Shown in pieces: positions 41,801 through 52,385 of a stretch of DNA of 64,000 nt. The position numbers were made by a program, and so were the translations under genes. Position 1 is the first letter of the stretch. Each line of letters opens with the position of its first letter. The stretch is from Eledone cirrhosa (Eukaryota): assembly GCA_964016885.1 (NCBI GenBank), contig OZ024741.1, positions 330,584,001-330,648,000 on the forward strand. Direction: 5' to 3'. The notes beneath the pieces are model-generated. The model ran no database searches and was not told the DNA's origin. It was given only the letters and a program-made list of their open reading frames with translations.

Positions 41801-42733
41801 AGCACTAGAGAGGATGTCTTACTAGACTCAAGGGCCTTCTCTACCCCTCCATTTTACAGCATGGTCATAAAAAAAAACAAAAAAAAAAACTCATTGACAC
41901 GACGCACACACACACACTCACACACCAACACTCATGCATACAAACCACAACCACACACACGCCACTCACATACCAACACTCATTCATGCATACAATTACA
42001 CACACCACTCACAAACATATATATATATACATATATTACCGACAGTACAAATACAAAATCAAAATCAAAATCAAAATCATCAAAATCAAAATTATGTCAA
42101 CTGTTGACCTTTCCCAGTCCAGTTCAGCTTGTATATAATAACAATAATAATAATTGTTTGCTTTACGCTGGTAATGGCGTTGGTGGTGGTGAATGGTGGT
42201 GGATGGTGTCAGTGTGGTGGTGGTGGATGGTCAGTTATGGTGGTGGCAGTTGTTGGTGCTGTAGTTGTTATTGTAGTTGTTGTCGTTGTTGTTGTTCTTC
42301 TTCATTTCACTGCTGCTGTTGCTGCAGACAATGGTGTTGATGCTGTTATTGCTGTCGCATATATACAAACACATACATACACACACATTCAACGCAGACA
42401 ATGGTGTTGATGCTGTTATTGCTGTCGCATATATACAAACACATACATACACACACATTCAACACAGACAATGGTGTTCTTGCCGTTGGTGTTGCTGCTG
42501 TTGTTGTTGTTGTTGGTGCTGCTGCTGTTGTTGTTGTAGTTGTTGCTGTGTTGAAATCATCCATACATATACACACACATATATATATGTATATATGTAT
42601 ATACACATACATACATCAAAAGTGATGGATGAAGTGTTAAATTTTATTACATTTATTGAGGTGTGACATACATTTCGCGAATTTGATCAGCTCAAGGTTC
42701 GATCTGTATGTCCTGTTCTTCCCCTATACGAAC

Positions 42734-42769
42734 TTTACTGATGAAGGACTTCTGTCCGAAACGTTGAAA
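42734..42769 (+). ncRNA. Minimal hammerhead motif
   Basis: CTGATGA-A-GGAC-TTCT-GTCC-GAAACGTT; stem I weak. Confidence 0.55.
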
Positions 42770-43068
42770 CCTCCTCCATTTCCACCAAGCACGAACCTAA
42801 TATAACTGTGTACAATTGCCTCCTGTATTTTCTCAGTTCATTTTCAACTATATAAATGTGTGTGCGTACGTGTGTGTGTAAATACATGTATATATATATA
42901 TATTCATAGGGTTTTGTAAGGCTAGCTACTGCATTAGCAGGGGGAAATGGCCTTCAGGTGCTTTTTGTTGTTATTGTTATATTTCTGTCAATGTAAGAAA
43001 TTCTTATTTTTGATTTTTTTTTTTAACAATTTTTAATAATAATTTTTTTTTTCATTCTATCTGGTCAG

Positions 43069-43252
43069 CTAATGTTTGTATCTCAGAGGTTGATGTGATT
43101 TCTACAAACCATTATTCTGCCCATCTCGACTGGTCTTCCTCTCTACTCCAATTCCAATACACCATCCTAGATAACAAGGAGAGAATCTACACCATTGTAC
43201 AGCAAAATGAGGGTCCGGTTGAACACGAGGAGGCCTGGCAGAATGTCTATAT
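43069..43252 (+). CDS. FANK1: FANK1-like exon (FN3 N-terminal half)
   Basis: Pyrimidine tract + CAG acceptor (alternative acceptor at 43087); NVCISEVDVISTNHYSAHLDW...WQNVY; GTACGT donor, phase 2. Confidence 0.72.
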
Positions 43253-43544
43253 GTACGTACATCCTAACCCTCCTAATGGTTTGTTTATCTTGCACTATAA
43301 TAACTCTCTTTTACTCTTTTACTGGTTTCATTCATTAGACTGTAACCATGCTGGGGCACCACATTATCATCATCATCATCATTACCAGCACCTCCACCAT
43401 CATCGCTATCAAAACCACAATCATCATTATCACCACAATCAGCCTCACTGCCACCAAATCATTACTACTACCACTACCATCATCACTACCAATACCACCA
43501 TCACCACCAATACCACCACCTCCAAAAGGATGCCTTTCCTAATG

Positions 43545-43805
43545 ACAATCACTTTGCAGTGTGTACTGGGTTTATTTTCTCATGGCATCAACAGTGCCAC
43601 TTGACAGGGTGAACTGGGTGCTTTTTTACATGATACCACCACTACCACTTGACAGAGTGGACTGGGTGCTTTTTTTTACATGGCACCAGCACTATCACTT
43701 GACAGGGTGGACTGGGTGCTTTTTTACATGGCACCACCACTGCCACTTAACAGGTGGACTGGGTGCTTTTTGACATGGCACCACCATTACCACTTTACAG
43801 TGGGT
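43545..43805. repeat. ~45-50-bp minisatellite derived from the SINE/RTE internal unit
   Basis: GTGGACTGGGTGCTTTTTTACATGGCACC..CAC..CCACTTGACAG repeated about 5 times. Confidence 0.8.
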
Positions 43806-43909
43806 TGATTGCATCTATCTGAAAATGAACATTTTTGTTGTTGTCTAGAAATGGATATTTTTGTATATATCACCAAAGTGCATTATATGTGTGTGAGAGA
43901 GAGAGAGAG

Positions 43910-44305
43910 AGACCCTAAAACCATGCTAATCCCCAAATTCATTATATGAGAGAGTGAGACAGAGAGTGTATGTGTGTGAAAGAGACAGAGACCATGCTAA
44001 TCCCCAAATCCATTATATGAGAGAGTGAGACAGAGTGTGTATGTGTGTGAAAGAGACAGAGACCATACTAATCCCCAAATCCATTATATGAGAGAGTGAG
44101 ACAGAGTGTGTATGTGTGTGAAAGAGACAGAGACCATACTAATCCCCAAATCCATTATATGAGAGAGTGAGACAGAGAGTGTATGTGTGTGAAAGAGACA
44201 GAGACCATGCTAATCCCCAAATCCATTATATGAGAGAGTGAGACAGAGTGTGTATGTGTGTGAAAGAGACAGAGACCATGCTAATCCACAAATTCATTAT
44301 ATGTG
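43910..44305. repeat. 71-bp minisatellite, ~5.5 copies
   Basis: AGAGACAGAGACCATGCTAATCCCCAAATCCATTATATGAGAGAGTGAGACAGAGTGTGTATGTGTGTGAA. Confidence 0.93.
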
Positions 44306-44424
44306 TGAGAGAGAGAGAAAGTGAGTGAGAGAGAAAGAGAGTACAAGAGAAAAAGAGAGTGCAAGAGAGAAAAAGGGAGACCCTAAGACCATGCTAATAA
44401 CCAAAGTATATTGCTCTATTTTAG

Positions 44425-44552
44425 GGGATTTGGTGACAGTACATTGGTTATGGACCTGCTTCCATGCAAGGAATATCGCTTTAGACATCGATTCCATCGA
44501 AATGACAATAATTACACCAATTGGTCATATACTACAAAAGCCATAACAGCCA
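44425..44552 (+). CDS. FANK1: FANK1-like exon (FN3 C-terminal half)
   Basis: TTTAG|; GFGDSTLVMDLLPCKEYRFRHRF...TTKAITA has the FN3 L.P...Y.FR motif; |GTAAAT; phases 2/1. Confidence 0.85.
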
Positions 44553-44724
44553 GTAAATATTTTAACTCTTTCATGACTGTATTTCTAATTAAATACACTT
44601 TTTGGCATTTAACTAATGAATAACTTTAAAAGATTTACTAAAATTATTAATTATTTTAGTACTTAGACAGTAACATAACATATAGCTCTGGGCTTATGTT
44701 CTGTAACTTAGTGGTTTGACAAAA

Positions 44725-45166
44725 AGAGGTTGATAAAATAATGATTTCTAGTATAGGCACAAGGCCAGCAATTTGGGGGGAGAGGAAAGTCGATTAAATC
44801 GACCCCAGTACGTTACTGGTGCTTTATTTTATCGACCCCGTAAGGATGAAAGGCAAAGTTAACCTCGGCGGGATTTGAATTCAGACCGTAGAGGGTCATA
44901 ACTCTATGCTGCAAAGCATGGTGTCCAACGCTCTACCGATACTGCCAATCCACCGCCCGCAGAGGTTGATAAAATAATTGTTTCTACTTTTTGGCACAGG
45001 GCCCACAATTATCGCAGTGTATTACTGGTACTTTATTTTATCGACCCCGTAAGGATGAAAGGCAAAGTTAACCTCGGCGGGATTTGAACTCAGACCATAA
45101 AGGGCCGTAACTCTTTGCTGCAAAGCATGGAGTCCGACCCTCTCCCGATACTGCCAATCCACCGCC
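44725..45166 (-). mobile_element. Two tandem copies of a second tRNA-derived SINE family
   Basis: Reverse complement: GGCGGTGGATTGGCAGTATCGGTAGAGCG...TTCAAATCCCGCCGAGGTTAACTTTGCCTTTCATCCTTACGGGGTCGATAAAAT. Further fragments near 45930-46200 and 50888-50995. Confidence 0.8.
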
Positions 45167-45646
45167 CTCAGAAGTTGATAAAATAATAAAATAAGTTCAA
45201 AGCTTTAAAAACAAGGGTAGAGGGGAGACTTTAGTTGTGTCAAGACAGTTCTTTTCTCTACACTACATTAATCCATTTAGTGCTGCATAGCCAATAATCC
45301 AGAACTAATCTCTTGAAATTCTAATCGTTAATTATATTTAATTAAACTTTATTAACTCTTGATATCCTGTAAGGATTTAGGAGAAAATATCTAAAATAAG
45401 GTTTGTTAGTTCAAATGTTTATAATATCTTTACTAACAGATAGATCATTGTGAAAATTTGCAGTCTTAGAATAAATACTTGAATTTTTAATGTGATTCAG
45501 TCATAATATTGTTTTGTAGTCTTCAATAATGTCTTGTTAATGTGGTTTCATGTGGTACAGGACGTTAAGAGTTAATTAAATTAAATAAATGGACTTTTAA
45601 TCTATATATTAATTGAAATCTTATTTCCTATTTATGTTTTCTACAG

Positions 45647-45728
45647 AAGAACCATACTATGGAGAAAACTTACATAAAGCAATACGGTCTCAAAGAATTT
45701 CTGAAATTGAGAATGTACTAAAGTCGGG
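45647..45728 (+). CDS. FANK1: FANK1-like exon
   Basis: CTACAG|; EPYYGENLHKAIRSQRISEIENVLKSG resembles recalled human EPISSEHLHRAV; |GTAAAA; phases 1/2. Confidence 0.85.
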
Positions 45729-46944
45729 GTAAAATTCTGAGTTTTTGTATATATCTTTATTATTAGAAGAATCATTAGAGTGTCAAACAAATACATTTTG
45801 GTATTTGTTCCAGCTCTTTAGATTCTGAACTTCGACTAATTCTTTGCAGTATATATTCCTTCAGCTATTTAAATTCTGAGCTTCGATAAATTCTTTGTGT
45901 TTTAACTCTTGATGTGCTGCATTCAAATTCCGCTGAGGTCAGCCTTGCCCTTTTACCTTTTCTGAGGTCAATAAAATAAAATACTCACCCCAAAAATGAC
46001 TGCCTTTGTGCTTAAAGTAGAATTCATTATTTTTCCATACTGTATTTAGTACTATATTCTCCATTGTATCCCTTTGCCTTTCCTACTTCAAGGGAAAGGG
46101 TTTCATAAAAGAAAGTAACTATCAAGTACAGTAGTCAATTTAATCAACTTTTCCTTCCTTCCAAATTGCTGGCCTTGGGTCTAAATTAGAAACTATAATT
46201 ATTTTTGCTTTCATAATCAACCCCACCCTCTCACCACCACCATCATCATTTATGTCTGTATTCCATGTTAGCATGCTTTGGATGGGTTGCCACAGTCCAA
46301 GACAAGACAGATCAGAGAATCACATCCTACTCCTCATATGCTCCGTATTTTGACATGGTTTCTTTGCCTGAATGCTTTTCCTAACACCAACCACTTTACA
46401 GAGTGTACATGGGGCATTTTATCATGGCACTAACACTAGAGAGGTTATCATGTGCCTGGCAAGACCGAATAATCATCTTTACTCTATATTGTCAGCATTT
46501 GATCACCAACAACTTTACAGAGTATACAGGGTGCATTTTCTCCTATCACCAGCCCAAAAGAGGTTGTCATGTATTCGGAAATACTGAAGAGTCCTCTCTA
46601 CCCTATATTGTCAGCATTCGATCACCAACCACTTTACAGAATGTACTGGGTGCATTTTATTGTGGCACCAACACTAAAGAGGGGGAGGAGGTCAAGGTTT
46701 TAACAAGACCAAAGTCTCCCTCCCCTCTACCCTATGTTGTCTCCATTTTATTACCAATCCGTTTACAGGTGGTACCAAGTGCATTCCATCATGACACCCA
46801 CAGTAGAGAAGTTGTTCCATCCACTGTAGGCTAAAAGTGGTAATGGTGATGATGATAATAATGTTAGTGTTGGTGGTAATGGTGAGGATGATGATAGAAG
46901 TGATGGTGGTGATGATGATAACAATTGTTCCTATTGTGTTCCAG

Positions 46945-47019
46945 AAATATCAAAGTTGATGTACCAGATAACCACGGTCTCAGTGCCTTAATGAATACAG
47001 CAAAAAAAGGACAAATTGA
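46945..47019 (+). CDS. FANK1: FANK1-like exon (ankyrin)
   Basis: TTCCAG|; NIKVDVPDNHGLSALMNTAKKGQI; |GTAAGT; phases 2/2. Confidence 0.9.
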
Positions 47020-47084
47020 GTAAGTATCTACTGTACATTGAGTGTGTGTAGGTATAAATATATGTGTGTATGTATATGTGTCTA

Positions 47085-47130
<46 letters not shown>

Positions 47131-47320
47131 GTGTGCATGTGTGTGTATTAGTTAGGTATGTCTTTGCACATATAAACTCGCATTTCCAAGGAGATGTTGA
47201 AGAAGAGTCATGCCCCAGTCATCATGATTGTACCCAAAGCTGATTGATATCAAAACAATTGTAATATGCCAATAAAGTTTGTACATATGCTGTAACGACT
47301 TTGATTCTACTCTCTCTGTG

Positions 47321-47430
47321 AAAAGATTCTGGACCCCGACGGCTGAGCTCCGGCCATTTCGACAGCTAGATCTGTTTGGATCTAGCTATCGAAACATCCG
47401 GAGCTCATCCGTCGGGGTCCTGAATCTTTT
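47321..47430. repeat. 110-nt imperfect hairpin belonging to a dispersed repeat
   Basis: AAAAGATTC.GGACCCCGACGG.TGAGCTCCGG...CCGGAGCTCA.CCGTCGGGGTCC.GAATCTTTT; partial relative at 29686-29790. Confidence 0.85.
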
Positions 47431-47501
47431 CATATTACCCACTCAACTACCCCAAGTATCGAGTACTCTGGTGGCTCCACCTGGTATTTTACCACACTCT
47501 T

Positions 47502-47540
<39 letters not shown>

Positions 47541-47541
<1 letters not shown>

Positions 47542-47845
47542 GCAGGACCGAGACCTCTGGCGTTACGCAGTAATAGAGAAGACCCGACTTCCCACGGATA
47601 CAAGCTGAAGCATATAGACAGTATGGCCCCACCCCCTCGCACTGTAAAGTGGTCGTATAGGAGTCACAACAAAAAGCACCCAGTCCACACTGTAAAGTGG
47701 TCGTGTAGGCGCAACAGTAAAAAAGCACCCAGCACTCACTGTAAATGAATATGGTGTTAGGAAGGGCATCCATCTGTAGAAATCAAGCCCAAATCAGTTC
47801 TGTATGAGACATGGTCACCTGACCTGGCATTGCCCACATGATGAG
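47541..47845 (+). mobile_element. 3' fragment of an RTE family A-related LINE
   Basis: GACCGAGACCTCTGGCGTTACGCAGTAATAGAGAAGACCCG plus a 3' UTR related to 52386-52740. Confidence 0.8.
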
Positions 47846-48065
47846 ATATATATATATATATATATCATCAGTGTGGCCGAAACTCGAGTCCGGAAACTAT
47901 AATAGGCACCCGTTTACGTGTGTTGTATTGAAGCGAATAACTATGTGTATACTCTGGGAATGTATTCTACATTACCTATTGAGTACGCTGAGATACAACC
48001 GGTCCTGGCATTGATAAATATGCTGGGTCTGTCAACTCCTTATTATATATATATATATATATATA

Positions 48066-50100
48066 TTGTTATGCTTTGGGAGGGTCATGTTGCCAATAAG
48101 AAACACACGCACCAGTTGCTTTCACTCCAATTTATTATAAATAAAATTTATAAATTTAAGAATTTATAAATTTCCGGTTGGTTGGTTGGTTCCATAACCG
48201 GACGGTTGTTCATATATTGTCAAAGTTCTTTCGTCACACATTCTGTGACCTCTTCAGTGACTGGAGATTCTTTTCTTTGTTTTTGTGCCTCTCCTTTGTT
48301 CTGTCCTACGCCATCTTGTTTTTGTGTGTGTTGTGTGCTTAGTTTGTGCATGTGTTACATCCGGGTGTCTGTGTGTGTTTATATTTGTTTATTTATTTGT
48401 TTATTTACATGTTACTGGCTGGTTGTTTGTTCTATGTGTGTGTGTGTGTTTTCATTTTGTCCTTAATTGTAAGTTGTGATGTTGCTATTCCATTCATGTT
48501 TTCTATTTAATTTTGGTTGGAGTTCATTTATGTTTATTGCCTCTGTGATTTGTCTAAACATTGCGTTTTTTCTGTGTGTAGATTCTATTTTTATTTCTAT
48601 GTTCTCTAATTTGCCCTTATGTTCTATTTTAGCATGTTGGTGGAGTATTGATGATTCTTGTTTATCTTGAAGTTCTCGCCAGTGTTCATTTAACCGTTCT
48701 CCTATACTACGAACTGTCTCACCTATATACACTATATTCTTATCTTTACAGTGTCCTTCAGTACATCTTATGCTATATACTACATTTCTAGTTTTACAGT
48801 TAATATGGGGGCTTAGTTTACAGATTATGCATTTCTTATCTATACAGAGAGGTCTTTGAAAAGGGTATGTATTGCTAATAAGTGTTTTTATGGAAGGACC
48901 TGGTCTTTCTACTATCTTAATATTAAGTTTATGTTTATCTAGGGTCCTTCTAAATTTGTAAGCTAATTCACCTCTAGGGGTTGTATTGATGAACATTACA
49001 CTCTGGTATTTATTGCTATCATACCATGAGTTTATTCTATTAACCTTATTCCTAGTTCTTTCTATTCTATTCCAAAATTTGCTCCTATACAAGGGGCAGG
49101 TCCCATTTGTATCATTATTTACCATTTTTTCCCATTTAGTTCTGGCTCCTTTATATACTCTGATTTTATCTCTCTGATTGTAACCAGAGAACTGCATACG
49201 GTGGATGAAGTGTTGTATGTGTCTCTCTAGTTCTTTGGGGTTTCTCATCACCCGTACCAAATCCGCAATCAGTATGTTGATTTTGGTGTGATCCGAAACA
49301 GCTGAGTTTCAGTGGATCAGATATAATGGGTTTGGCATAATGGGAATGGAGGATTTGTTTTTTGTTATTAAATGGTTTCTAACCAAAGCTCTGTGTCTAG
49401 TACAGGTAATCGATGGTTGGGGTGTTTGCTTGGGTACTCTATAGTAACTCTAATACTCTGGTGGATGGAGTTAACTATTTGCTGGATGCTTTCCATTGTG
49501 TTTTTCTCTAATTCCTGACTGTTCTCTAGTGGGGGTGATTTTACTATGATGTTTATATCATCAACGTAGCGGGAGTACATTATCAGGGTTAAGAGGTTGC
49601 TGTCTTCTAATTGTTCTTTAAGTTTAAGTTTAAGTTTATTGTCCCACCATACCATGAATAGGTTAGCTATGTCACCTGCAATGCTAACACCAATGGCTGC
49701 TCCCTCCTCTTGGGCATATGTTTTTCCATTAAATTTGAACATATGTTCCTTAAGGGTTAATTTTATACTGGCCCCCACCGCATGTGCAATCATTTTCTTT
49801 AGTTCATCGTGGTTTTCGGGGGTCCGTATGGCTCTGGTCCACCCATTCCATCTTTCTGTGTGGGTTTTCTTGGCCATTGAGGTAATGGTAGGTGGTCTGC
49901 CTCTTGTTGGTCTTGTAGGGCACAGGTTGCTAAGGTCATACGTATCTAGATAATCATTACTATAGGTAAGTATCTAGATAATCATTACTATAGGTAAGTA
50001 TCTAGATAATCATTACTATAGGTAAGTATCTAGATAATCATTACTATAGGTAAGTATCTAGATAATCATTACTATAGGTAAGTTTAAAATTTCCTGCTTC
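48066..50100 (-). mobile_element. 5'-truncated Penelope-like element (RT, GIY-YIG, pLTR with hammerhead at 48219-48261)
   Basis: QEEGAAIG, YSRYVDD, LPVLD; NVVYSIRC...VYIGETVRSIGERLNEH; reverse complement GTCA-CTGAAGA-GGTCACA..TGTGAC-GAAA-GAAC-TT-TGAC. Confidence 0.9.
49943..50082. repeat. Perfect 28-bp tandem repeat x5
   Basis: TATCTAGATAATCATTACTATAGGTAAG. Confidence 0.97.
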
Positions 50101-50329
50101 TATGAAAAAAATCGATAAAACTAAATACATGCTGTAACCCTCTCTCTTACATGCTTAATTCCTCTCACTACTACCCTCAAAAATCTATGAAACTACATAC
50201 ATGTTGCAACTCTCTCTCTATATATATCACACACACACACACATATACATATACATCTAAAGAGAGAATGGGAGATGTAGAGAGAGAGTGTGAGATAGGT
50301 TGTTATACAGAGAGAGGTACAAGACAATC

Positions 50330-50373
<44 letters not shown>

Positions 50374-51129
50374 GCGACGAACGCTGGTTCACACACACAA
50401 ACACATATATATATAAAGACACAGAGAGAGAGAGAGAGATCTGTGCGTTCTTTATTGTTCTCCATTCTGTAGAGGAAGAGAGAGAGGGTATGAGAAAGAA
50501 AAGGGAGAGGGGTTGAGAAAGAAAGAAAGTTTAAGCAAAGAATCGTTGCTTTCAACATTAACGGGATCTTCTTAAACTAAAAAATTCACTCTGTGAACGC
50601 AGAATTAAATATTTCGAGAAACATTGCAACCGAAGGAAAACAGGAAGACAATATTTTGGTTTGGGAAGACGTTCCGTGGTAATGAACAGAAAAAAAGCGA
50701 GGATAATACATCGTTATGTGGACCGAGAAGAACAATTTCATGCAAAGACGAGACCAAGTTTATGATATAAATGAAGTCGTTAGACTAATATTCTATTTAA
50801 AATAACCGAATGATTTCCAGCCCCGGAGTTTAAGAATGATGTAAATAAAATTGTAAACAAAAATGACAGAGTTTATTAAAACAGTTGTTTCTACTTTTGG
50901 CACAAGGCCAGCAATTTCCCAGTACATTACTGGTACTTTATTTTATCAACCCCGTAAGGATGAAAGGCAAAGTTAACCTCGATGGGATTTTAACTTTGCT
51001 TTAAAATAGTAAAAGTAAATAGTGAAGATTTAGGCTAGTACATACGTATGCGCCGACGAACATACACATACATATACATAGGCACACACAAATACATACA
51101 CACACACAAACACGCGTGCGCGTGTGTGT

Positions 51130-51451
51130 GTAAACCTTATGCATTTCTACAGTATTTTAACCAAACTTAAGACATAGGTTACTTATGTACTCCGGATGGT
51201 CATGGGCACTTTCATTTTTCCAGATATTGATTATAGGGACTCCCAGCAGATAACTCTCTTTAACCACTTCCTTAGAGTCGACTGAAGCAATGCAACAAGA
51301 CGTCATAACTTCTGGAGTTCGCAACCGATTTTCACAAAACTTGACACATGGGCTACGTTTGTTCTACAGATGAATGTGAAAGGAACTTAACATTGTAACT
51401 TTAACACAGCTACTGAGCAGCCCCGAGCAACGCCAGGCTTTACTGCTATAG
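51130..51451 (+). mobile_element. Possible non-autonomous Helitron-like remnant
   Basis: Ends with a GC-rich hairpin-like CCCGAGCAACGCCAGG ~10 nt before CTATAG; internal repeated ATTTT..C.AAACTT.ACA. Confidence 0.35.
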
Positions 51452-51555
51452 GCGATAAAGTTGTGCAGACAGACAGTCAAGCTGATAGACGATGGAGGCA
51501 TGCAGACAGTCGTGCAGAGAGGTCATATAGGCGATAAATTTGTGCAGACAGATTT

Positions 51556-52123
51556 CTTAGTACGGCTGGTACTTAAATGTAAGTATATATATACATACTA
51601 CTGTACGTCTGTATACATATATGTATGTACGCATACATACTTACATTTAAGTACCAGCCGTACTGAGAGAGAAATGAAATTTTGTTTCATTCTTTTCCAT
51701 TTATTTTTGGTGCGCCCGGCCGACTAACTCACTCGATATGCAAATTAGGCTGTTCAGCCATTAATATGCATAAGGAAAGTATATACTTTCAGACGTTCAA
51801 CCATCTGACAGAAAGGTATACGATGCTGACGATAGCTAATAAGCTTGAAACTAGTACATCGTTCCTGTGTCAGTGTTGAACGAAAAGGTGACGATGGTTG
51901 CCTGAACACTGTACGGCGTAATTCGGCTGTTTGTTTACAAACAAACCGAGCATTATAATAAATGTTCGGTGAACCCATATGTACATATATATATGTGTGC
52001 ATGTATGTATATATATACATACTACTGAACGTCTGTATACATATATGTACGTATACATACATACTTACATTTAAGTACCAGCCGTACTAAGATTGAGAAA
52101 TGAAATTTCGTTTCATTCTTTTT
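51556..52123 (+). mobile_element. Retrozyme-like non-coding element (~424-nt monomer, terminal direct repeat, 5' inversion)
   Basis: 51583-51696 repeats at 52007-52123; ~31-bp inverted arms at 51556-51667; internal hammerhead. Confidence 0.65.
51794..51881 (+). ncRNA. Type I hammerhead ribozyme with extended stem I
   Basis: CGTTCAAC..CTGACA..AGG..ACGATG-CTGACGA-TAGCT-AATA-AGCTT-GAAA-CTAG-TA-CATCGT.CCT.TGTCAG.GTTGAACG. Confidence 0.82.
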
Positions 52124-52125
52124 TC

Positions 52126-52376
52126 CTTGAGCAAGACACTTTATTTCACATTGCTCCAGTTTACTCAGCTGTAGAAATGAGATGCTAGGACTGGGGTCCC
52201 TATCATTCCACTGTAAAGTGGTCATGGAGGTGCCATGGGAAAAAAGCACCCACCACTCACTGTAAATGAGGTTGGTGTTAGGAAGGGCTTCCAGCTGTAG
52301 AAATCAAGCCAGAATCAGTTCCCGTCCCACCCTTGCAAGCAGGGAAAAGCGGACGTAAAATGATGATGATGATGAT
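52126..52376 (+). mobile_element. 5'-truncated SINE (22543 family)
   Basis: CCTTGAGCAAGACACTT...CCCGTCCCACCCTTGCAAGCAGGGAAAAGCGGACGTAAAA(TGA)n. Confidence 0.88.
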
Positions 52377-52385
52377 ATATATATA

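Noticed and set aside
42910-42957. Candidate first FANK1 exon (AG...ATGGCCTTCAG|GT)
   Set aside because: The ATG gives phase 2 but the next exon needs phase 1; joining produces an immediate stop.
43910-44305. CRISPR-like regular repeats (also 49943-50082, 58035-58458)
   Set aside because: Head-to-tail units without unique spacers, in a eukaryotic context with no cas genes.
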